Part shown: piece after piece, positions 1 to 9,435 of the stretch | Numbering within the stretch: the first letter of the stretch is position 1 | How the letters are laid out: every line of letters starts with the position of its first letter | Assembly (NCBI GenBank): GCA_003602475.1 | Contig: QQSC01000006.1 | Span: 32,116 to 96,115, forward strand | Source: Candidatus Poseidoniales archaeon | GTDB lineage: Archaea > Thermoplasmatota > Poseidoniia > Poseidoniales > Poseidoniaceae | Reading direction: 5' to 3' | Length of the DNA: 64,000 nt | Made by a program: the position numbers and the translations under genes | Notes under the pieces: generated by a model | What the model saw: the letters and a program-made list of their open reading frames with translations, nothing else | Told to the model about the DNA's origin: nothing | Databases searched by the model: none

Positions 1-1713
1 ACCTTGATCATCGCCACCCTTGGAGGATTGCTTGGCACCATGTTTACCATCGCCTTGCGACGACTGTTCATCGTCGAGGAGGCGCTCCCGTATCCCGAAG
101 GTGTTGCTTGCCGTGAGGTGTTGATCGCTGGAGAGGAAGGTGGAGATGGCGCCATGGCCATTTTGTACGCTCTGGGTATCGGTGGCATCTATGGACTGAT
201 GGTCAAAGGTTTTGAGGTGACGCATCACACGGTTGAAGGTGCGGTCAATTTCATGTCTACACGGCTGTACGCAGGTATGGATTTGTCAATTGCTCTCCTC
301 TCCGTAGGGTACATTGTTGGCATCCGAATCGCCTCTTACATCTTTTTTGGAGGCGTCCTTGGGTTCGGTCTGCTCGTACCAATGTACGGATTGGTCTACG
401 GATGGCCAGCGACGGATTCCATGGTGGATGGGTTCTATGGGATCTGGGCAGCTGAAGTTCGGTACGTTGGCGTTGGTGCCATGGTTGTCGGTGGTGTCTA
501 CACCTTATGGTCAATGAGAAAGACCATCTTCACAGGATTGTCCAAAGCGCTCGTAAGAAACGACAACGACGCACAAGATTTGCCACGCACTGAACAAGAC
601 CTTCCCATGCGGATGGTGTTTGCCGTATGTGGTATCCTCGTTGTGTTGACGTTCTTTTTCTACTGGTGGGCCACGGCATCGTTGATTTTAGCGCTCGCAG
701 GTGCCTTGTTCCTCGCCTTTGTATCCTTTTTCTTTGCGGCTGTAGCAGGTTACATCGCCGGCGTTGTTGGATCTTCCAATTCACCGGTATCAGGAATGAC
801 CATCGCCACCTTGCTGTTCACCGTTGGTTTGGTTTGGGCGGTTGGAGATTTACTTCTGGGCATGGCCACCGTTGACTTGATGTACGCTACATTGCTCATT
901 GCTGCGATTGTGGCCTCAAGTGCAGCGATTGCTGGTGATGTGATGCAGGATCTCAAAACCGGTCACATGCTTGGAGCAACGCCCAAGCGGCAACAGATTG
1001 CCGAAATCATTGGCGTTATGACTGGCGCTATCATCATCGGCCCCGTCCTTTCGTTGTTGCACAACGCCTTCAGAATCTCTCTTACGGCGTGTGAAATGAA
1101 TCCTCTCCCCAATGATCCAACATGCTCCAATGCGTTGTTTGCCCCGCAAGCTGAACTCATCGGTGCCATCGTCCAAGGTGCGTTTGGAGGCGATTTGAAC
1201 CTTCAAATGGTCGTGCTGGGCGCGGTCATAGCCGTCACCCTCATCCGATTGAACATGCCAGTGATGAGCGTAGCTATTGGGATTTACTTGCCCTTGGGAC
1301 TTTCCGTGCCCATCATGACGGGTGGCATCATTTCACATCTCTTGCTCAAGAGTGCTCATTTGAGGATTGATGGCGTGTTGCGTCAAGAACCCTCTCCACG
1401 AGCGGTAGAGGCGGCCAAAAAAGTCGAAAGTCGAGGGGTGCTGATCGGCGCTGGTTTCATCGCAGGCGAATCCATCATGGGTGTCCTCATCGCGGTGTTG
1501 ATCGTTGCGAAAATCGACCTTCCAGAGATTTTTGGGGTGGTTACTCTCAACGACCCTCTTTCACTCGTGTTCTTCGGCTGGTTCCTCGGCGTGTTTATTT
1601 GGCTGGCAACCAGGGCGTTGCCGAAAGGCGGTTCTTTGCTGGGAGATGCTGTTATGGTGGTCGCTGAAGCGGTTCGGAACCTGGTCGATTCACTCAAACC
1701 TCGACAGCGCTGA
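1..1713 (+). CDS. OPT-family oligopeptide transporter (5' end truncated by window edge)
   Basis: The reading frame is open from base 1. It is polytopic and hydrophobic throughout, and the stretch MQDLKTGHMLGATPKRQQIAEIIGV matches what I recall of the OPT superfamily. Confidence 0.75.
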   Translation, partial: TLIIATLGGLLGTMFTIALRRLFIVEEALPYPEGVACREVLIAGEEGGDGAMAILYALGIGGIYGLMVKGFEVTHHTVEGAVNFMSTRLYAGMDLSIALLSVGYIVGIRIASYIFFGGVLGFGLLVPMYGLVYGWPATDSMVDGFYGIWAAEVRYVGVGAMVVGGVYTLWSMRKTIFTGLSKALVRNDNDAQDLPRTEQDLPMRMVFAVCGILVVLTFFFYWWATASLILALAGALFLAFVSFFFAAVAGYIAGVVGSSNSPVSGMTIATLLFTVGLVWAVGDLLLGMATVDLMYATLLIAAIVASSAAIAGDVMQDLKTGHMLGATPKRQQIAEIIGVMTGAIIIGPVLSLLHNAFRISLTACEMNPLPNDPTCSNALFAPQAELIGAIVQGAFGGDLNLQMVVLGAVIAVTLIRLNMPVMSVAIGIYLPLGLSVPIMTGGIISHLLLKSAHLRIDGVLRQEPSPRAVEAAKKVESRGVLIGAGFIAGESIMGVLIAVLIVAKIDLPEIFGVVTLNDPLSLVFFGWFLGVFIWLATRALPKGGSLLGDAVMVVAEAVRNLVDSLKPRQR

Positions 1714-1782
1714 GTCCACCTCTCGTTCACATGTGGCACAAGGATGAAAGGCCATCCCGCTTGACCGACAGATGGTGCTGAA

Positions 1783-2604
1783 GTGACCACAATCGAAGAC
1801 CTCAACGAAACCGCTCGCAAGTGCAGGGTTCACATCGTGAACATGGTTCACCGGGCCCAAGCCGGGCACCCGGGTGGCTCGCTGTCAGAAATCGATCTGC
1901 TCACCGCCTTGTACAGGACACAACTCCGTGTTCGTCCTGATGAACCTACCTGGGCAGACCGTGACCGTTTTGTGTTGTCAAAAGGCCACGCATCGCCGGG
2001 AATGTATGCTATCCTTGCGGAAATGGGCTTTATTTCTCAAGAGGACTTGAAATCATATCGCGTCAAAGGTGGTGTGTGTCAGGGACACGTTGACATGAAG
2101 TGGTGCCCGGGCGTTGATTTTTCAGCAGGTTCGCTCGGCATGGGGTTGTCGTTTGGAATGGGGGCTGCGTTGGCTGCTCGCATGGACAACAGCGAACGCC
2201 AAGCCTACGTGATGTTGGGTGACGGTGAAATCCAAGAAGGTTCCGTGTGGGAAGCCGCCATGGCAGCTGCACATCATGAGTTGGGGAACCTGAATGTCAT
2301 TCTGGACAGAAATCGCATTCAAAACGATGATTTTTGTGAAAACCAAATGAGAATGTTTGATATTCCTGCAAAATGGAGAGCCTTTGGGTGGAATGTCATG
2401 GAAATTGATGGCCACGACATGGCGTCCATCCTCGAGGGGCTTGATTTCCTGAGCAAATCGAACACTGGCCCGTCCATCCTCATCGCACAAACCGTGAAGG
2501 GGAAGGGCATATCTTTCATGGAAGACAATCCGGGATTCCACGGTGCGGCTCCTAACGATGAGCAATACGCTTTGGCCATGAAGGAACTGGGGGTGACGGC
2601 GTGA
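1783..2604 (+). CDS. tkt: Transketolase, N-terminal (TPP-binding) subunit
   Basis: Motifs GHPGGSLS, LSKGHASPGMYA and GDGEIQEGSVWEA are present (GTG start). It abuts the C-terminal subunit gene, the split arrangement typical of archaea. Confidence 0.9.
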   Translation: MTTIEDLNETARKCRVHIVNMVHRAQAGHPGGSLSEIDLLTALYRTQLRVRPDEPTWADRDRFVLSKGHASPGMYAILAEMGFISQEDLKSYRVKGGVCQGHVDMKWCPGVDFSAGSLGMGLSFGMGAALAARMDNSERQAYVMLGDGEIQEGSVWEAAMAAAHHELGNLNVILDRNRIQNDDFCENQMRMFDIPAKWRAFGWNVMEIDGHDMASILEGLDFLSKSNTGPSILIAQTVKGKGISFMEDNPGFHGAAPNDEQYALAMKELGVTA

Positions 2605-2609
2605 CACGG

Positions 2610-3542
2610 ATGGCCGCTACCAGAGACGGTTACGGACAAGCACTTCTTGATTTGGCCACCAACCCACGCGTTGTTGTGTTGGAGGCAGATCTTGGAAAGT
2701 CCACGAAATCCCTCCATTTCAGAAAGGCCCACCCTGAAAGAACAGTGTCGTGCGGTATTGGTGAACAAAACATGCTTCTGGTGGCAGCAGGCATGGCCGC
2801 CAGCGGCTACATCCCGTTTGCATCCACTTTCGCCATTTTCACGGAACGAGCATTTGAACACATGCGAAACGGGGTTGCGCGCCCAAATCTTGCCGTGCAC
2901 CTTTGCGGTTCACACGGTGGAACACACACGGGCACCGACGGGTCATCCGCCCAATCCATTGAGGATTTGGCTGTTTACCGCACCCTTCCGAACGTAACCG
3001 TTTTGCACCCTGCCGACGATGTCTCGACCCGACTCTTAACCATGCAGTTGGCTGATTCCAACTCACCATCCTACATGCGAACCGCACGAAACAAAACACC
3101 CGTGTTGTACGACGATGCCCCTGCAGGCACCATTCAAATTGGAAAAGGCGTTGTTCTCACCGAAGGTCACGATGTGGCTCTTGTGGCCTGCGGCGTCATG
3201 GTCTCGCAGGCACTTGAGGCCTGCAACATGTTGGCATCTGAAGGCATCAAGGCGACCGTTGTGGACATGCACACCATCAAACCACTCGACGGAGTCCTTG
3301 TTGACGAATTGGTCAAACGTTGTGGAGCCATTGTTACTGCAGAAGACCATTCAATCATCGGTGGACTGGGTGGTGCTGTGGCTGAACATTTGTCGTCAAC
3401 AAGCATGGCTCCTCTTGAGCGGATTGGTGTAAAAGATCGATTCGGGGAGTCTGCTGAGTCTCATGAGATGCTTGAGATGATGGAATTGACGCCCACTGAC
3501 ATTGCAGCTGCTGCCAAGAGAGCCATTGCTCGAAAGCGTTGA
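2610..3542 (+). CDS. tkt: Transketolase, C-terminal (pyrimidine-binding) subunit
   Basis: The sequence RDGYGQALLDLA...GIGEQNMLLVAAGMA...GSHGGTHTGTDGSSAQSIEDLA is present. The ATG at 2610 lies 6 nt after the upstream stop; a GTG at 2601 is an alternative start. Confidence 0.9.
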   Translation: MAATRDGYGQALLDLATNPRVVVLEADLGKSTKSLHFRKAHPERTVSCGIGEQNMLLVAAGMAASGYIPFASTFAIFTERAFEHMRNGVARPNLAVHLCGSHGGTHTGTDGSSAQSIEDLAVYRTLPNVTVLHPADDVSTRLLTMQLADSNSPSYMRTARNKTPVLYDDAPAGTIQIGKGVVLTEGHDVALVACGVMVSQALEACNMLASEGIKATVVDMHTIKPLDGVLVDELVKRCGAIVTAEDHSIIGGLGGAVAEHLSSTSMAPLERIGVKDRFGESAESHEMLEMMELTPTDIAAAAKRAIARKR

Positions 3543-3591
3543 TTGCACACGTGGGGGAGGGTTCATAGAACCTCTTTGAGAGTCCGTCATC

Positions 3592-4251
3592 ATGGAATTC
3601 TTCTTGGACACCGCTGACGTTGATGAAATTCGAGAAATCGCCGCATGGGGTATCTTAGATGGCGTTACGACCAACCCCTCGCTGATAAAAAAATCAGGGA
3701 GAGACTTCAAGAAAGTGGTGGCTGAAATTGCCAGCATCTGCTCAGGTCCAATATCTGCAGAAGTGACGGCCATGGACACCAACGGGATGGTTGAGCAAGG
3801 GCGAGCCCTCAAGGCCGAACTTCCCGACAATGTGATCATCAAAATCCCCTGCACGCCCGAAGGACTCGCCGCTACAAAGATTCTGACTGAAGAGGGCATT
3901 GACACCAACGTCACCCTCATTTTCTCCGCCTCTCAAGCGCTCATGGCCGCCAAAGCGGGTGCTACATATGTTTCACCGTTCATTGGCCGCATCGACGACA
4001 CCGGTCATGACGGCATGGAATTGATTGCTGAAATCATGAACACTTGGGCGAATTACAACCTCTCAACGAAAGTATTGGCTGCATCCATCCGCCACCCAAC
4101 CCACGTGCTCCAATGCATCCAACTGGGGGCTCACACGGCCACCATGCCCGCCAAAACGTTCCGCCAGCTCATGTCTCACCCGCTCACGGACAAAGGGTTG
4201 GACGGATTCATGAAAGATTGGGCTGAAGTGGAAGCCGAAGGCCGAGCCTGA
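3592..4251 (+). CDS. tal: Transaldolase / fructose-6-phosphate aldolase (short type-3B family)
   Basis: It begins [32 protein letters not shown] and contains [15 protein letters not shown] and [11 protein letters not shown]. At 219 aa it follows the transketolase genes. Confidence 0.9.
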   Translation: MEFFLDTADVDEIREIAAWGILDGVTTNPSLIKKSGRDFKKVVAEIASICSGPISAEVTAMDTNGMVEQGRALKAELPDNVIIKIPCTPEGLAATKILTEEGIDTNVTLIFSASQALMAAKAGATYVSPFIGRIDDTGHDGMELIAEIMNTWANYNLSTKVLAASIRHPTHVLQCIQLGAHTATMPAKTFRQLMSHPLTDKGLDGFMKDWAEVEAEGRA

Positions 4252-4431
4252 CCGACAAATTACGCACCTAAGTTGACGGTGCACAAACCTCGGCGTGACG
4301 CCGTCACGCAAGTGATGATGCACAACGGGGTGACGAAATGATACCTTTAGATCGATGTTGTTGGGTAGCCAACGAAGACTCAAACCCTCTCCTGAGCACG
4401 GAGGGTGTTGAACCGCTCTTGTCGAGACAAA

Positions 4432-5457
4432 TCAGCGAGACGCTAGAGTGAGGTTCTTCCACATGTCTTCAGGAATCTCCATGGCCAGTCGAAGACCGCC
4501 CATGGCACCCAATCGAACAGGGTCATCAACCACGTGAACGTTGACATCGCCCATATCGGACAAACGGCGTTCAATAAGGGCGCCTAGGCCCTTGATGGAG
4601 GAACCGCCACCAGCGAGAACCATGTTCTTGCGGAACTCATCGTGATACTCTGGGTTGGAGCCTGCGATGAGCTTCTTCACGTTTTCAACAATGGGGTCAA
4701 CGATGGACTCGCAAGCACGCTGCATGCAGTCGGTGATGTCAAGGGTCATGGCCTTGCCTTCAATGGAAAAATCAACCAGAACCGGTTCATCGGGTGTAGC
4801 GGTTGAAACAAACGAGTAGGCTTCCTTCCACCTTCGTGCCATGTCTTTGGTGATTTGAGCGCCGTTGTATTTGGCAGTGATTTCCTTGATGAGTTGGTTG
4901 TCTACGAAGTCACCGGCGTGTCCAGTGTGCATCTGGTCGCCAGGACCGGGGATGGTACCGTACACACGGCAAAGGTCGGTTGTACCTGCACCAATGTCGA
5001 TGACGAGGGTGTGGGTGATCATGTCGAGTGCGTATGCAACTGCGAAGGGTTCGGAGATGATCATGGCGGAGTTGACCGAACCTGCAGCAGCGTCGAAAAT
5101 AGCGGTTTTGTCGACGTGGCTGGCCTCAGCAGGGGCACCGATGACGGCAACGACACGGTCGTATTCCTCTGGGTCTGCAAGCCCGATGAGATGGGTGATG
5201 AAATGCGCAATGTACTCACGGTCTTCAGGCGTGTCCTTGATGACACCCAATTCAAGGGGACGATAGAGGTTGAGAGCCAAGCGGTTCTTCAGTGCCTCGT
5301 GGCCGAACAGCACGTCACGCTTGAGGAAATTTCGAGCGATGGGGTCTTTTGGGGTTCCAATCACGGTAAGTTCCTCGACTTCGTGACTGTCAGAGGAAAC
5401 CATGACGGAGCGAAATGTTCCCAAGTCAATTCCAATGTACAGCGTTTCGGTGGCCAT
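4432..5457 (-). CDS. Actin-fold ATPase, MamK-like (MreB/MamK superfamily)
   Basis: Actin-fold motifs are YIGIDLGTFRS (phosphate-1), LVIDIGAGTTDLC (phosphate-2) and MVLAGGGSSIKGLG (adenosine). Extended stretches resemble MamK as I recall it (see findings). Confidence 0.75.
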   Translation of the reverse strand: MATETLYIGIDLGTFRSVMVSSDSHEVEELTVIGTPKDPIARNFLKRDVLFGHEALKNRLALNLYRPLELGVIKDTPEDREYIAHFITHLIGLADPEEYDRVVAVIGAPAEASHVDKTAIFDAAAGSVNSAMIISEPFAVAYALDMITHTLVIDIGAGTTDLCRVYGTIPGPGDQMHTGHAGDFVDNQLIKEITAKYNGAQITKDMARRWKEAYSFVSTATPDEPVLVDFSIEGKAMTLDITDCMQRACESIVDPIVENVKKLIAGSNPEYHDEFRKNMVLAGGGSSIKGLGALIERRLSDMGDVNVHVVDDPVRLGAMGGLRLAMEIPEDMWKNLTLASR

Positions 5458-5570
5458 GGATTGTCGTACCCTCTTGAGTTTATCAAAGGTCCCTTGGGAG
5501 TGAATACAAAACGAGGTCGCTGTGGTCCTTTAACAGGCATGGCCCTTTAACCTATAGAACGGATGATTCC

Positions 5571-6587
5571 TCAACACCACGCTTCACAACTGTGGCAGTA
5601 CCAAGCAGCATACTCCGGATACAATTCTGCCATTGAACCACACGAGGTGCATTCTTTGAGTGTCTGTTCGCCGCATATGTCGATGACCATTTGAACATGG
5701 TAAGCCTCGTCGATGTTGAGTTGTTCTCGCATAGCCCACAACAACTGGTCTTCGCTTGGAGATATGATGCCGTCCTCGAGAACCATTTCCACAACGTTCC
5801 GGTAGTCCTGAAGGGTGGAAAAGTCACGGTGGTCCAAAACGACTCCGCCCTTTTCAGCCACGATGTCGGTGCCCCCAGGGTCGTCAACAAAAATGACAAA
5901 GGAAGCCGGCTTCAAATCACTGTCACGCAACTCGAAAGACACTCGGTTGTTGTTTAGGTTGGCATAGACCAGACGGCTGGAGCGGTTGATGACACTAGCG
6001 ATAGAGCGAGCGGTCGCTTCAGCGTTCCTTCCGCGCTTCCATCCCGTTGGGCTTCGCTCATTGTAGGCGTAGAATTCAGTTCCCCGACCTGGATATTCCA
6101 ACCGAATTTCCTCGCCGCCATCAAAGCCATTGGATACGATGGTGATGGCCCCCACTTCTGTAGACATGATGTTGTCGTCGTCATCAAAACTGATCATCAA
6201 CGGTTTCCGTTCTTCTGATGCCGCATTAAAGTGGCCCTGCATACCGCTCATCCATCTGTCTTCAAGCCGCTTGAGTGATTGTTCTTGTTCACCGGTGAGG
6301 TCCTTTGAAACTCCAAGGACATTGGCCAGTTCACCCGATGCCATTTCGCTCTTAAATTGTTCAATCAACTCGGCGTCTCGCTTGTGCGATGGAGGTTCTG
6401 GGCCTTTGCGCTCCTCCACATGGTTGGGGTCGGGCCATTCGTGCTGGCATCCCGTGCATTGAAGATAGCCTGTCATGGATGAATCTTCGGCACTTCCACC
6501 GCACCGGGGACAATCGCCACCTTCGGTGTATCCAAGGTTGGTTCTTGCTTCTTCTCGACCTTTCCGCATGCCTCCGAATCCAGCCAT
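5571..6587 (-). CDS. Hypothetical protein with N- and C-terminal zinc ribbons
   Basis: The N-terminus carries CPRCG...CTGC and the C-terminus CTSCG...CHSC. The middle is acidic. It lies 113 bp upstream of the actin-like gene on the same strand. I recognise no family. Confidence 0.55.
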   Translation of the reverse strand: MAGFGGMRKGREEARTNLGYTEGGDCPRCGGSAEDSSMTGYLQCTGCQHEWPDPNHVEERKGPEPPSHKRDAELIEQFKSEMASGELANVLGVSKDLTGEQEQSLKRLEDRWMSGMQGHFNAASEERKPLMISFDDDDNIMSTEVGAITIVSNGFDGGEEIRLEYPGRGTEFYAYNERSPTGWKRGRNAEATARSIASVINRSSRLVYANLNNNRVSFELRDSDLKPASFVIFVDDPGGTDIVAEKGGVVLDHRDFSTLQDYRNVVEMVLEDGIISPSEDQLLWAMREQLNIDEAYHVQMVIDICGEQTLKECTSCGSMAELYPEYAAWYCHSCEAWC

Positions 6588-6630
6588 AGGCCTGCTGTGG
6601 ATACGGCTTTCTATGAACCCTTTGCCGATG

Positions 6631-7458
6631 TTAGACGAGACGTCCTTTCAGCCCATATCGCATGAAGCCTTCCTGAGCGTACAAGCGACGGAGAACCAGT
6701 TCCACTCGGTCACCGATGTTGACATCGTGTTCCTCGTCGTCAACAAGGAGGAACACCCCTTTTGGTCCGTCATCCAATTCAAGAAGAACGGTTTTCAGAC
6801 CGCCAAGCAACGGAGCCCTGAGAGAAAATTCAGATGGAGCGCCTGCGGCACTGAGCTGAGTCCAACTCAGGACCGTACCCAACGGGGAAACTGAACGGGT
6901 GAGTTGTGGCTGGGTGTCAGCAGTTCCAAACCGAGGAGGCCAGACGACTCCATCGCTGCATTGTTGGCCCATCATCGCCAATCGAGCCGAAGCCCCTTCT
7001 GCGTACATGGCTTCTGAAACGAAAGCACCCTGACTCACGTGTTGGGCGTTCAATTCATGTTCCCACGCAGCATCGATTGAAGCATGAAGCTCAGCGTCGC
7101 CATCAACGGCCACATCCAAGTTTGGAATAACCACCTCTGCGTCACGGCGAGCTAAAACCACAATGGCTTCTTCGCCAATCATAATGTCCCACGTGCATGT
7201 TTCCAATTCCTCCTCGGATGGTATGGAAACCTTGCACGAGACGGCCAGAGCAACTTCGTCAACGCCCGATGGCACCGAAACTTGCTCGATTTGGTCCGAA
7301 CGAGCACGATGCAGCAAAGCAGCTACGGCCATGGTTGTCGCATCGCTGTCTGCACCGAACACACGCTGTCCATCAACAAGGAATGGTGATTGCACAACAG
7401 TGAACGCTGGGGTTTCGCTCACAAGGTAGCCCATCCAAACGTCGTGTGTTTCGTTCAT
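6631..7458 (-). CDS. DUF35 OB-fold protein (thiolase/HMG-CoA synthase-associated) with ~150-aa N-terminal extension
   Basis: The C-terminal GTVLSWTQL...LLELDDGPKGVFLLVDD...IGDRVELV matches the DUF35 OB-fold pattern. Its start overlaps the thiolase stop (ATGA). Confidence 0.6.
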   Translation of the reverse strand: MNETHDVWMGYLVSETPAFTVVQSPFLVDGQRVFGADSDATTMAVAALLHRARSDQIEQVSVPSGVDEVALAVSCKVSIPSEEELETCTWDIMIGEEAIVVLARRDAEVVIPNLDVAVDGDAELHASIDAAWEHELNAQHVSQGAFVSEAMYAEGASARLAMMGQQCSDGVVWPPRFGTADTQPQLTRSVSPLGTVLSWTQLSAAGAPSEFSLRAPLLGGLKTVLLELDDGPKGVFLLVDDEEHDVNIGDRVELVLRRLYAQEGFMRYGLKGRLV

Positions 7459-8627
7459 GTCCTTTCCCTCCCAAACACATGAACAGCACAGGTGGCTCCG
7501 GAACCACCAACGTTGTGCGTGAGGCCAACCTCTGCATCTCGAACTTGACGACCACCGAGCACCTCTTGTCGCAGTTGCTGAAACACTTCCACGACTTGAC
7601 CGGTGCCGGTTGACCCGAGTGGGTGACCCTTTGATTTCAATCCACCACTTGGGTTGACCGTAACGGATCCCTCATTCAGTCGCCCTTCACCGTTCCGAGC
7701 GAAGCGTCCGCCATGACCATGTGCAGCGAATCCCAAATCCTCTGTTGCCATCAGTTCTGCAATCGTAAAACAATCGTGAACTTCAGCCAAGTCGATGTTC
7801 GCAGCTTCTATCCCCGCCTGACGATAGGCTTGAGTGGCGGCTTGTTGGGTCGCTACAAGCTGTGTGATGCTTGGTCGGTCGTGGAGGGCCAAATGGTCCG
7901 AAGCAGCACCAGATCCGTTGATCCAGACCGGCGTATCGGTGTATTGCCGCACCACATGGTCGGCCGCAAGAACAACACAAGAGGCTCCATCTGAGGTCGG
8001 ACAACAGTCGTAGAGTGTGAGTGGATCGGCGACCATGAAACCAGAAGCGGCTTTTTCAAAACTGACCTCCTTCTGAATGTGGGCTTTTTGATTCATTGAT
8101 CCATGAAGATGATTCTTCACACTGATGTGAACGAGGTCATCGTGGGTCGAATCGTGTTCGTGAAAATGCCGTCGTGCCATGAGAGCGTAGGTTCCGGGAA
8201 ACGTCAAACCGGCAAGCCGTTCCCACTCCGTATCACCGGAGACACCAAGCCAGTATCGCTTTCGTTCTGGTGTAAGGTCGTTCATCTTCTCAATGCCACC
8301 GGCAACCACAACATCGGCTTGGCCCGATTTGATCGCCATCCAGGCATCTCGAAGCGCGTATCCTGAAGAAGCGCATGCGTTCTCTACACGACGAACAGGG
8401 ACCCCTCTCATACCGGAATGTTCCGTTAACAATGCGGCGGTGTTGCCCAACTGTGCCCCGCCAAAAGCAATGCTTCCGATAAACGCCTCATCCACCATGG
8501 AAGCATCGATGCCGTTGTCGACAGAAGCAAATGCATGTTGGGCGGCTTCGGCCCACATTCCCTTCAATCCAAGGGCATGATTTCCGTACTTGGTTTGGCC
8601 CGCACCAATCACTGCCACATCAACCAT
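7455..8627 (-). CDS. Acetyl-CoA C-acetyltransferase (archaeal thiolase)
   Basis: It begins MVDVAVIGAGQTKYG, has the catalytic-Cys context VENACASSGYAL, and ends near HNVGGSGATCAVHVF. I set the start at 8627 because the longer ORF (to 8837) would overlap the divergent Tpt1 gene. Confidence 0.85.
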   Translation of the reverse strand: MVDVAVIGAGQTKYGNHALGLKGMWAEAAQHAFASVDNGIDASMVDEAFIGSIAFGGAQLGNTAALLTEHSGMRGVPVRRVENACASSGYALRDAWMAIKSGQADVVVAGGIEKMNDLTPERKRYWLGVSGDTEWERLAGLTFPGTYALMARRHFHEHDSTHDDLVHISVKNHLHGSMNQKAHIQKEVSFEKAASGFMVADPLTLYDCCPTSDGASCVVLAADHVVRQYTDTPVWINGSGAASDHLALHDRPSITQLVATQQAATQAYRQAGIEAANIDLAEVHDCFTIAELMATEDLGFAAHGHGGRFARNGEGRLNEGSVTVNPSGGLKSKGHPLGSTGTGQVVEVFQQLRQEVLGGRQVRDAEVGLTHNVGGSGATCAVHVFGRERT

Positions 8628-8718
8628 AGCAGCCCCATCGCTTCCGGGTTTTTGATACCCACGCTCATCTCCAGCAACCGTCTGTTCATCATCAACCAAC
8701 CCGCAGGGTTCATGAGGA

Positions 8719-9432
8719 GTGGACACTCGCATTGGATTCATGCTACGCCAATGCAGAGAACACGGCCATTTTTCCGGTACCAATTGTCCAGTATGCAACG
8801 AAGAAGGGAAGTTCATCATGAGCGACCGTGAAGCCAACAGCCTCGGCAGAATGCTTGCCCTCGTGCTTCGTCACGCTCCCGAAAAATTCGGTGTTGAGAT
8901 GGACATCAATGGCTGGGTTAATTCTCGAGAACTTTCGGATGCCATTGGCAAGCAACGAAGGCACTACCACTGGTTGCGTGGATGGCACTTTGAGGCCATT
9001 GCAAACGCTGACGAAAAAGGAAGGTATCAAGTTGAGAATGGCATGATGCGAGCCACTTATGGCCACTCCATTGAACTTGATTTGGACCTACCAACCGACG
9101 ACATCCCTGAAGCCCTCTTCTACCCGTGCCAGCCCGACGAGGTTGAGACTCTCAAAGAATATGGAATCACTGCAGGTGATCGAAAAAACGTTCACCTCTC
9201 TCGAACCATCGCCAACGCCATGGAAGCGGGTCATGTTCGGATTCACCGACCAGCCATTATGGAAGTTGACACCACCCGAGCCATTGCGGATGGGCATGTC
9301 ATCTACCGAGCCGGCACCACCGTGTTCTTGACCGATGAGGTTCCCGGTGAATACCTGTATCAAATTGAAGACGACGACCCCATCATCGCAGAAATCGTGG
9401 CAGATTGGGCACTAGCAGAAGAAGAAGAGTGA
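8719..9432 (+). CDS. kptA: RNA 2'-phosphotransferase Tpt1/KptA family, with N-terminal Cys/His cluster
   Basis: The sequence SLGRMLALVLRHAPEKFGVEMDINGWV...H..R matches the Tpt1 pattern. The N-terminus carries C-x2-H...CPVC and the C-terminal tail is acidic. ATG 8740 is an alternative start. Confidence 0.7.
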   Translation: MDTRIGFMLRQCREHGHFSGTNCPVCNEEGKFIMSDREANSLGRMLALVLRHAPEKFGVEMDINGWVNSRELSDAIGKQRRHYHWLRGWHFEAIANADEKGRYQVENGMMRATYGHSIELDLDLPTDDIPEALFYPCQPDEVETLKEYGITAGDRKNVHLSRTIANAMEAGHVRIHRPAIMEVDTTRAIADGHVIYRAGTTVFLTDEVPGEYLYQIEDDDPIIAEIVADWALAEEEE

Positions 9433-9435
9433 TCC

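Noticed and set aside
4432-8627. The possibility that the MamK-like gene marks a magnetosome-type gene island.
   Set aside because: No MamA/B/M/E/I/L/Q-like genes or other organelle-type membrane proteins are nearby. The neighbours are thiolase/DUF35 and pentose-phosphate genes. Only the two-gene actin plus zinc-ribbon module is retained.
8628-8837. An N-terminal 70-aa extension of the thiolase ORF (start at 8837).
   Set aside because: It would overlap the divergent Tpt1 gene by more than 100 nt. The canonical thiolase N-terminus MVDVAVIGAG begins at 8627.
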